Shown here in pieces: positions 18,709 to 26,837 of a stretch of DNA of 64,000 nt (its first letter is position 1; every line of letters begins with the position of its first letter). A program made the translations under genes and the position numbers. This DNA is from Bdellovibrionales bacterium (GTDB lineage Bacteria > Bdellovibrionota > Bdellovibrionia > Bdellovibrionales > JAUICD01): contig CBDANC010000014.1 of assembly GCA_965197425.1 (NCBI GenBank), positions 160,001 to 224,000 of the forward strand, written 5' to 3'. The notes beneath the pieces were generated by a model. It was not told the origin of the DNA and ran no database searches. It saw only the letters and a list, made by a program, of their open reading frames with translations.

Positions 18709-21516
18709 ATGAGATATTTTTTACTATTACTTTTTTTAAGCTTTTCTGTGGAAGCCCAACTTTGTTGGGAACCTAGCGATGTGAACCTAGATGGAAGACT
18801 TAGAAGTTCAGATCATAGAGTTGGTGATGTGGCTCAAATAGCAAATGAGTTAGCCGCAGTATCTGGCAGAGTAAACAGCCAGGTTACAGTAACAGATTTT
18901 TTTGTAGCAGCTTTAATTAGCAAATCACCTTCAGAAAGAAATGTACAAAATAATGTAATAGAAGCTTTATTAGATAGGATAAACATAACTGCTAAGTTTA
19001 AAAGAGAGCTAGTGAATGACTACAATCAGGGACAAAACATTCTCGCAATTGAAAATGGGCGGATAGTTTTAACCGAAAGATATGAAGTGGATAGTTGGTC
19101 TGCTGAAAATGTTCGAGTAAGTCCTCAGATAAGAGAGTTATTTAATAGGGCAGAAGAAGCAAGAGTAATGGAAAATGAGAAGATGGGATCTGGTGAGGGT
19201 GAGTCCTTTTATAATAACTTTAAAGGATTAGAACATTTTTTCTTGGGTGCAATGCGAATGAGAGGAAATCATGTAAGTGATTTTCTTACAAGTAATATCT
19301 CAGCCTCTGGCGTGGGCAGACTTTCCCTTGGAAACAGGAGACGAGAAGCCAGATTTAACACAGTGATTGATATGTTGCCTAACATAAGAGGTGAGAACGG
19401 CAGACATGGTGTTACATCCAGGACCGCTTATGAAAACTATGCTCACGGTAATGGAAAATCTTTTTACTCTGAAAAAACAGATGCTATAGACCCACCATCA
19501 TTTTTGAATGATATGGTCTCAAAGATGATTGATGGGGGGTATGGGCCTGTATATGTAAGAGTAGATTTAGTCTTGGACTTGGCCAATATATTATTAGGTA
19601 AAGGAAAAAACAGTGTAGAACTTCACTCAGAATTTGATGGTATTGGAAAAAAGCATGTGGTACTGGGCCTTGTTAAAATGTTAGCAGACATTAGGGTAAA
19701 TGGTCGTACAAGTGAATACTTCGAAATTTTACCAAGAGAACTTCACGATTTAAGATTATATGAAGCAGATCTAACCACATACTTAGGAAGTAAAGAAAAT
19801 GATACTCAGTTTAGAGGGGCTACAGAAAAAACTGTGAAAGATCTTATAGATTTTTCAGAAAGCCTAAATGGACAAGCTGTAGTTGTATTCAATGATATGG
19901 GTGGTGTCTATAAACTGGGACAAACACAAGGATCACAGGGTTTGGGACAACAACTGGTTTCCCCTATTAGCAAAGCTAAAAATGATCCTAAGCAAGGATT
20001 AAGAGTAATAGCCATAACTAATAAAATTACAGCAACAGAAGTTAGTACTACCGGTTGGACTTCCCATGTTGAGAGAATGACAATAAGTGAACCTAGTAAA
20101 GCACAAATAAGTGAAATAGCTCAAATACACTTCGACAGGATAAAGGAAGACAATCAGATAATTGAAAGAGAGTCTCTATCTGAAGTTTTTGATTATGCAT
20201 ATGAAGTAGCACAAAGATACCCTAACCTAGGTGATGGGCTTACGGCCGTGTTTAGACTTTATGATCACATAGCAACACAACTAAGAAAAAGTGGCGATAG
20301 CAAGGCCACAGAAAACCATGTTCTAAAAGCTGCTAGTAGGTTACTTGAAAACACTCCAGTGATGGGTGGACGTTTTGTTCCACCTAAAGTGGGAGAATCT
20401 ATTCAATTATTAGAAACTAACTTAAATAACTCTATAAGAGAAAGAGGGCAAATAATTGAAGCTGTGGTTAATAGAATTCAAGCAGGCTTATATGCTTCCA
20501 CTCCTGTAGTTGAAGGAGTTGTAAGGCCAAAGGCAAGATCTGTAACCGTACTTGTAGGTCCATCTGGTACACTTAAAACATCTATTTTGGAAATGTTGGC
20601 CAAAGAATTAGGTATGGAGTTTGATAAAATAGCTGGGGCACAAGCAGATAAAATTACTTTACTTGAGATTGCTAGAAAAGTAAGAGAGGAAAATCCATCT
20701 AGAATTGTGTATATAACAGAAGCCAATCTAGCCGGCCGTATTTTTCAAACACTAGAAAATATGATAGATGGAATTGGAATAACAGATTCAAACACAGGAA
20801 GAGTTACCACATTTGAAAATGTACACTTTGTTTTAGACGGCAATATACCAAAAGCGGAGCAGGCGGCAAGAGATCTTGGTTTTAGTGAAACCGTACCAGA
20901 TGCCCTGATAGAACATTTGAACAACAAAACTGCCAGAGAACAAGAAACGCTTATACCTAGAATAAAAGAAGCAGGCGAAGCAACTTATACAGATTCAAAT
21001 GGACAAACACGAACTGTATCTATAAGTACCCATCCTCATGGAGTGGTTAAATTTACCGATCGTGGTAGAACACTTTATAATGAAGCAGTTAGAGATGCCT
21101 TCGGAGGAAGAGAAGCTTTTATGGGTAGAGCAGGAGAACCAATTGCTGTTGGGTATCTATCTAAGGGAGCATACAAAGCTACGGTTGACTTTGTCGAAAG
21201 GCAAGTAAGCCGGGAAATAAAAGAGTCCAACAATGGCTCCTCATTCATTATTAGTGACAGTGCCAAAGAATACATTGCCGAGATAGCCATGCTAGATGTC
21301 AATATAGAACTTGGTGCTAGGTTTACAGAACAATATATAAGAAGACTTGTAAACGCTGAACTAAGACGGCAAGTGTGGTCACGCCCTGATCTCTACAGAG
21401 ATAGAGATGGTTTTTTTGTAGGTAGCTTTAGAGCTACAATGGATGTTCATCCAAACCGGACAGGAATAGTAGTAGACATAAGACCTATTGACCCAATATC
21501 AGAGACAATAAACTAA
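18709..21516 (+). CDS. Putative secreted ClpA/ClpB-like double AAA+ protein with degenerate Walker motifs
   Basis: Sec-type leader MRYFLLLLFLSFSVEA; QFRGATE pore loop; GPSGTLKTS; ITDSNTGRVTTFEN; LGAR sensor-2. Confidence 0.72.
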   Translation: MRYFLLLLFLSFSVEAQLCWEPSDVNLDGRLRSSDHRVGDVAQIANELAAVSGRVNSQVTVTDFFVAALISKSPSERNVQNNVIEALLDRINITAKFKRELVNDYNQGQNILAIENGRIVLTERYEVDSWSAENVRVSPQIRELFNRAEEARVMENEKMGSGEGESFYNNFKGLEHFFLGAMRMRGNHVSDFLTSNISASGVGRLSLGNRRREARFNTVIDMLPNIRGENGRHGVTSRTAYENYAHGNGKSFYSEKTDAIDPPSFLNDMVSKMIDGGYGPVYVRVDLVLDLANILLGKGKNSVELHSEFDGIGKKHVVLGLVKMLADIRVNGRTSEYFEILPRELHDLRLYEADLTTYLGSKENDTQFRGATEKTVKDLIDFSESLNGQAVVVFNDMGGVYKLGQTQGSQGLGQQLVSPISKAKNDPKQGLRVIAITNKITATEVSTTGWTSHVERMTISEPSKAQISEIAQIHFDRIKEDNQIIERESLSEVFDYAYEVAQRYPNLGDGLTAVFRLYDHIATQLRKSGDSKATENHVLKAASRLLENTPVMGGRFVPPKVGESIQLLETNLNNSIRERGQIIEAVVNRIQAGLYASTPVVEGVVRPKARSVTVLVGPSGTLKTSILEMLAKELGMEFDKIAGAQADKITLLEIARKVREENPSRIVYITEANLAGRIFQTLENMIDGIGITDSNTGRVTTFENVHFVLDGNIPKAEQAARDLGFSETVPDALIEHLNNKTAREQETLIPRIKEAGEATYTDSNGQTRTVSISTHPHGVVKFTDRGRTLYNEAVRDAFGGREAFMGRAGEPIAVGYLSKGAYKATVDFVERQVSREIKESNNGSSFIISDSAKEYIAEIAMLDVNIELGARFTEQYIRRLVNAELRRQVWSRPDLYRDRDGFFVGSFRATMDVHPNRTGIVVDIRPIDPISETIN

Positions 21517-21521
21517 TTCTA

Positions 21522-22574
21522 TTAAAGGCAAATAGTATTTAGTATTGCCTTTGATACAATGTATGGATCTGCATTTGCCCCAGGCCTTCTATCTTCTATA
21601 TAGCCACATCCTTTTTTGTCAGTGGAAATAGGTATTCTTATCGAAGCTCCTCTGTTAGAAACCCCCGATTTGAATTCACTGATATGACATGTTTCATGTA
21701 AACCCGTTAACCTTCCTTTTAATCCATGTCCGTATTGAACTATATGTTCTTCATGCTTTTCTTCTAATTTTTTTATAGCATCAGCAATGGCTGCTTTTCC
21801 ACTTTTTGGATCTCTCATCTTTTTTGTAGAAAAGTTGGTATGCATACCTGCACCATTCCAATCACCTTCTATAGGCTTATTTTCAAAGGAGACAGATATA
21901 CCATATTTTTCTGCAATTCTATTCATTAAGTACCTGGCAACCCAAATATGGTCAGACATAGTAAGCGGGTCAGCTGGCTCTCCTTCTCTTCTAAATCCAA
22001 TTTGAAACTCCCATTGGGCGGGCATAACTTCTGCATTGATTCCATAGATGTTTAGACCAGCGAATTCACAACACTTAGCATGCTCCTCTACAACTACCCT
22101 GCCGTAAACCTTGCCAGCTCCTACTCCACAATAAAAAGCTCCTTGTGGCGGAGGATAACCCCCTTGCGGCCATCCAAGCGGCCACCTTTCCGCCCCACTA
22201 CCTTTTAATAGAGTGTATTCTTGCTCAAAGCCTATGTAAGGTTCGTGCTTTGCCACTTTATCCATAAGTACCCTAAGCTCTGCTCTTCTGTTGGTAGAGT
22301 GAGGAGTTTCGTCGTGGTTGAACACCTCACATAAGACGATATAATTTCCAGCACCTCTTATAGGGTCTGGAGCAAAAAACACAGGCATTAGAATACAATC
22401 AGAATTTCTACCAAGTGCCTGCCAAGTAGATGAACCATCAAAACTCCACTCAGGAAACGAGGATAAGTCTCGATCATCCTGATGAAACAACATTCTGGTT
22501 TTTGATCTAAGCTCTTGGGTTGGGGAGGCGCCATCTAACCAGATATATTCTGCATAATCTAATTGTTTAACCAT
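21522..22574 (-). CDS. glnII: Glutamine synthetase type II
   Basis: 350 aa; AEYIWLDG, WSFDGSST, GINAEVMPAQWEFQ, DWNGAGMHTNFST, EDRRP. Confidence 0.92.
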   Translation of the reverse strand: MVKQLDYAEYIWLDGASPTQELRSKTRMLFHQDDRDLSSFPEWSFDGSSTWQALGRNSDCILMPVFFAPDPIRGAGNYIVLCEVFNHDETPHSTNRRAELRVLMDKVAKHEPYIGFEQEYTLLKGSGAERWPLGWPQGGYPPPQGAFYCGVGAGKVYGRVVVEEHAKCCEFAGLNIYGINAEVMPAQWEFQIGFRREGEPADPLTMSDHIWVARYLMNRIAEKYGISVSFENKPIEGDWNGAGMHTNFSTKKMRDPKSGKAAIADAIKKLEEKHEEHIVQYGHGLKGRLTGLHETCHISEFKSGVSNRGASIRIPISTDKKGCGYIEDRRPGANADPYIVSKAILNTICL

Positions 22575-22768
22575 AGCTTACCTCAACACTAACCCCGCTT
22601 GGCAACGAAGTGACCTTTTTTGCTTTTTTTATCCTGCATCCAGAGCCATCATGTCGACAAATTCCAAATACTATCTAAGATTAGTTTGACCGGATAGCAA
22701 CGATTAACAACTGGCATAAAGTTGTTTTGCTGTTGTGGTATTTTTTAGGTAGTTCAGCTTATTTAAAT

Positions 22769-23113
22769 TTATGCCTCTATTAATTTTAATGCTTCATCTA
22801 GATTCTCTGCCACTTTGAACAGCCTATAAAGTCCGCTTATTTCAAATATCTTTTTGATGTTATTGTTTAGAGAACATATAACCAGCTTTCCTGAGATCTT
22901 TTTTATATTTTTAGATACATATATTGCTATTCTTAGACCTGCACTGGATATATAGTCTACCTTTTCAAAGTTTAATATTAAATTGGTACAGTCTTCATTT
23001 TCTATCTCAGTCATAATCCTGTCATGTATGTGGGCCGATGAGGATGCATCAAATCTACCATTCAAATGCACTATAGACACATCTCCCTTTCTTTCTGTAA
23101 ATACAGCGTCCAT
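22769..23113 (-). CDS. STAS-domain anti-anti-sigma factor (RsbV/SpoIIAA-like)
   Basis: VDYISSAGLR phosphoacceptor motif, IFEISGL. Confidence 0.92.
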   Translation of the reverse strand: MDAVFTERKGDVSIVHLNGRFDASSSAHIHDRIMTEIENEDCTNLILNFEKVDYISSAGLRIAIYVSKNIKKISGKLVICSLNNNIKKIFEISGLYRLFKVAENLDEALKLIEA

Positions 23114-23427
23114 AAAATTACCTCTATTAATAATTAACAGTGTCTCAACAGGATACTACATTAGGTATTCGGAAGCAATTAAAAGGAATTCCATAAAAAC
23201 ATACATCTAGTTTTGCTCTTACCCAATCTCTTTTTGCCTAATTTTGTAATAATATGTCAAACCTAGACCAACTATCAAAGGCCAGTTTATTTACAGGAGT
23301 TAAGATCTAATTTCAGCTGTTAACCATCATTTTTTGGGATTAAATAACACCTTAATAGACCAAACTAGTACCTAGCTAATTAGAATAAATGCCTTGCATG
23401 TATGCCACTTTCTTTCTATATTTTTAG

Positions 23428-23862
23428 ATGATGGACTTGGACGATTCTGCAACTTATAAACTTAAGAATATAAAACAAGATCTTCCTAAATTTTCTAATC
23501 TATTTAGGACATTTTGTAAGGTTCACGACATTCCTGCAGACAAGGTATTTGATGTGGAGTTGTCTGTAGAAGAGTTGGTAATGAACTCTTTTGCCCACGG
23601 CAATGTTAGTGAGCATGGTATTCTGGTATCCATTGGATTAAACGACAACGAACTAAAAGTTACTGTGGAAGATAAGGCTCCTCCATTTAACCTGTTGAGA
23701 CACACAAAAGAACCTCCTACAGGTCCTCTGGAAGAAAGAGAAATTGGTGGGCTTGGAATACATTTAGTAAAAAACCTGAGCGATAGGATAGTTTATTCTG
23801 GTTCTAAGACAGGAAACAAAATTACAATATTTAAAGACCTAAGACCCACAAGCCCATCCTGA
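23428..23862 (+). CDS. RsbW/SpoIIAB-like anti-sigma serine kinase (HATPase_c_2)
   Basis: EELVMNSFAHG, EDKAPPFN, IGGLGIHLV. Confidence 0.9.
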   Translation: MMDLDDSATYKLKNIKQDLPKFSNLFRTFCKVHDIPADKVFDVELSVEELVMNSFAHGNVSEHGILVSIGLNDNELKVTVEDKAPPFNLLRHTKEPPTGPLEEREIGGLGIHLVKNLSDRIVYSGSKTGNKITIFKDLRPTSPS

Positions 23863-23871
23863 TAACCTATC

Positions 23872-26523
23872 TTATAACCTCGCTAGTGGACCTTTATATT
23901 CAAAAGACAGCAAAGTTATGTCATCGAATTGTGGAGCTTCTTTTATAAATCTTGCAACATCAAAATCCACAACCTTTATTATATTCTTTGGCCCATTAAA
24001 CTCTGCATCTTTTAACAGATTTGTTAGCCTATTTTCACCATAAAACTCTTGTTTATCATTTTGAGACTCGGTAACCCCGTCCGTGTAACAGATAATATTA
24101 TCCTCTTTACTAAGGGTTAAATTCTGATGCGTATATTTAACACCATCAAAAATTCCCAATACTGGTCCGTCTGTGTTGTTGAGAATCTTAAGTTTACCAT
24201 CTTTTTGTTTTATAATCGGAGGATTGTGACCTGCGTTTGTTAGTTCAACTTTTCCAGTCTTAAGATCAACCACACACAACACAAGAGTGACAAACACACA
24301 CCATGTATTATTGCTACATAATTCTTTATTAACCATTGTCACTATTTCATAGGAGGTACTAAATTGCTGGTCTATAACCTTATTTATCATGGCTTTGGTG
24401 GCGGACATAAACAAAGCAGCGGGTATGCCTTTTCCTGAAACATCCCCCACTGAAAAATAAAATCTCTCCTTATTTAATCCGACATAAGAAAAATCATAAA
24501 AATCACCAGAGACCATCTGTGCTGGCTTTAACATGGCATCTACTGAAAATTCATCTGTTTCCATACTATCAGGTAACATGCTCATTTGAACCTGTTGCCC
24601 AGTAACCAGGTCCCGTTTTATTCTATCTTGTTGCCTTTTTATTGTTTCATAAGTTTTGTTAATCTCATTATTGGCCCTTCTTAGTTTTGTACGATTCACC
24701 GCAAATATAGAAAACAACATAAGGATCAGTATTACAGTAATTGTAGCAGCATAAATTGTCTGAATTCGATAGGTGTTAAACGGATCCAGTATTTCATCCG
24801 TACCAATTTCACGAACAAGCCCAAAATTATGAATATTACTCCATTTCCAAGAGCCAATAACACTGCTTCCTGTATAACTTTTATAAGGTTTGGTCATGTC
24901 TTTATTTGTTTGTCCCTGGGTTACACTGGACACTGACTTTATCAAAGGAGCTTCTGAGTCTTTCGGATTGGTGCTAAGCTTCAACCCGACGGAAGATTCA
25001 TTAGACTCGTCTAAAACTTCCTGCTGAATGAGTTTTTCAACAAACCTACTCTCGGTTATCATAAAACCTTTTGAGTTGACCAAAAAAAGCTCTCCAGATG
25101 TACCTAAAAGAGATCTTTTTAAAATAGAATTTATTTCACTGATTGGTACAACGACTATTAAGTAGACTCCTTTCACCGGATCAACTGATTTACCAAACAC
25201 CATTTCTACCTTGTCATCTGTAAAGCCAGCCTCTGGGTTTTTTATGTTGTCATTTAAGTAGTACACATCATGTGGTGGAACTTTTAGTCTTTCAATTAAT
25301 TTATTTGTCAGTTCGTTTTCTGTATCCATCTTATTTTTGGTATTGCTCGCTACAACTGAACCATTTTCTGTTATTACCATAAACTTGCTAATGGAGTGTT
25401 TTTCGAAAGTCTCTGCTTTTTTTTCTATAGCTTTGCTTAACTCAGAAAATTGTTGTCTATCTATTTTGTGATCAAATTGTTCTTCAACCACATGCTCAAC
25501 ACTGTCTGCTAAAATGGCTGTTTCCAAATTTTTATAATCCATCCATTTTACTATGGAGTCATACGCTGATTGCAAATCTAACCTTAAATGTGAATTTATA
25601 TCCTTGCCTGTTTTTTCCTTTACCTCACCAATAAACCACCACGACATCATGATTGTGGCAAAAATTGCTGTAAGTGTGGCCGTGGCAAAAGGCCAAGATT
25701 CCAAGACATTAGATTTAAAAATATCTAGATAAAATTTATCAGAACCCATTCTGTTTTTATATCTTTTAAAAATTCGATATAGCGGAAATATAGAAAGTGC
25801 CAATACCAACAAGACACTCAAAACCATTGAAAAACTAAATAAAACTCTAAGTCTTTTTTGTTTTGTTCTAAGAACATTTTCGTCTTGATTAGTTCTTTCG
25901 TCCACAAGATCAAAGAACTCCAAGATAGGGTTCATAACACCACCCTTTGCTTTGTTATATTCTTGAGAATGAACGAGAGACATGGCCAACTTTTGATTTG
26001 GCTTGCCTTTAATTGTATATTTACCTTGTTTATCCTTAAACAAACCAACCATGGCATTCATGGACTCTTCTTCTAGTTTAACCAGTTGATCCGATTTTTT
26101 TTGGCTTGTTTTTAGTAGCTCTAACTCCACATCCTGCAAATTAGATTGCCTTAGCATATCTATGTAGGATATTGGGGTTTTTGAAACCCTAGGGAGTCTA
26201 CCTCCCTCTGATAATACTACATCCCAATAGACTTTGTGATAGTCTTTAGGTCTGGAGATCATTCCTCTTCTTATGTCTATTATCTCGTCAAAATGGTCTT
26301 TGTAGATTTCAACTCCTGTTACAGAGTACATTCTGGCCATTTTGGTTAAATCGTCAGATGTCTGTCTCAGGGTATCTGCCAGAAGATAGTATTCTCGTTT
26401 GTCTTCTGATATTTCTTTTAGATCACTTTCATAATTTACAATTTTGCGTGATATAAGAAGACTAACTGCAACCAACAAAAAAGCTGAAAGGCTTATCAAT
26501 AATTGTCCATTTTTAAAGGGCAT
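23872..26523 (-). CDS. Membrane sensor SpoIIE/RsbU-type PP2C phosphatase, copy 1
   Basis: TM segments, two periplasmic domains, VSGDFYD, GDVSGKG, NAGHNPP, YTDGVTE, DDITL. Confidence 0.92.
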   Translation of the reverse strand: MPFKNGQLLISLSAFLLVAVSLLISRKIVNYESDLKEISEDKREYYLLADTLRQTSDDLTKMARMYSVTGVEIYKDHFDEIIDIRRGMISRPKDYHKVYWDVVLSEGGRLPRVSKTPISYIDMLRQSNLQDVELELLKTSQKKSDQLVKLEEESMNAMVGLFKDKQGKYTIKGKPNQKLAMSLVHSQEYNKAKGGVMNPILEFFDLVDERTNQDENVLRTKQKRLRVLFSFSMVLSVLLVLALSIFPLYRIFKRYKNRMGSDKFYLDIFKSNVLESWPFATATLTAIFATIMMSWWFIGEVKEKTGKDINSHLRLDLQSAYDSIVKWMDYKNLETAILADSVEHVVEEQFDHKIDRQQFSELSKAIEKKAETFEKHSISKFMVITENGSVVASNTKNKMDTENELTNKLIERLKVPPHDVYYLNDNIKNPEAGFTDDKVEMVFGKSVDPVKGVYLIVVVPISEINSILKRSLLGTSGELFLVNSKGFMITESRFVEKLIQQEVLDESNESSVGLKLSTNPKDSEAPLIKSVSSVTQGQTNKDMTKPYKSYTGSSVIGSWKWSNIHNFGLVREIGTDEILDPFNTYRIQTIYAATITVILILMLFSIFAVNRTKLRRANNEINKTYETIKRQQDRIKRDLVTGQQVQMSMLPDSMETDEFSVDAMLKPAQMVSGDFYDFSYVGLNKERFYFSVGDVSGKGIPAALFMSATKAMINKVIDQQFSTSYEIVTMVNKELCSNNTWCVFVTLVLCVVDLKTGKVELTNAGHNPPIIKQKDGKLKILNNTDGPVLGIFDGVKYTHQNLTLSKEDNIICYTDGVTESQNDKQEFYGENRLTNLLKDAEFNGPKNIIKVVDFDVARFIKEAPQFDDITLLSFEYKGPLARL

Positions 26524-26720
26524 AAGCCTTTCCCCCTTTTCTCTTTAAGAATAGATTTTACGAGTAGCGATCTAAACTATCAAGATGTATTTATAGATCT
26601 AAGTGTGTGAGAGCGAAACACTAAGGTAGTTATAGACTTTAATAAGTATGGTTGACTTAAAACGGTCTTTGAGTACTTATTTGCGTAGGCAAACCACAAA
26701 CTATTGTGGCAAGTTTTCGT

Positions 26721-26780
26721 TGCAAGATGGAGTATCCGGTAGCTCGTTGAACTTATAACCCGAAGGTTGTCTGTTCAAAC
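26721..26780 (+). pseudogene. Degenerate, 3'-truncated tRNA-fMet copy
   Basis: TGCAAGATGGAGTATCCGGTAGCTCGTTGAACTTATAACCCGAAGGTTGTCTGTTCAAA aligns with the intact tRNA-fMet at 29679-29755, mostly by C>T and G>A changes. Confidence 0.85.
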
Positions 26781-26820
26781 AAAAGCTGGTTTCGTTAGCT
26801 TTTGACAGATGAATTATGTT
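26770..26820 (-). repeat. Decayed C-hairpin Y module of the repeat family
   Basis: Plus strand aaaagctggtttcgttagcttttgacagatgaattatgtt vs 6697-6734 aagttggctctgccgacttttgccaggtgaattacgtt. Confidence 0.6.
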
Positions 26821-26837
26821 ATAAACTTATTTTTTAA

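Noticed and set aside
22575..22760. Glutamine riboswitch, ANTAR hairpins or sigma54 promoter upstream of glnII
   Set aside because: No convincing consensus or spacing could be matched by eye.
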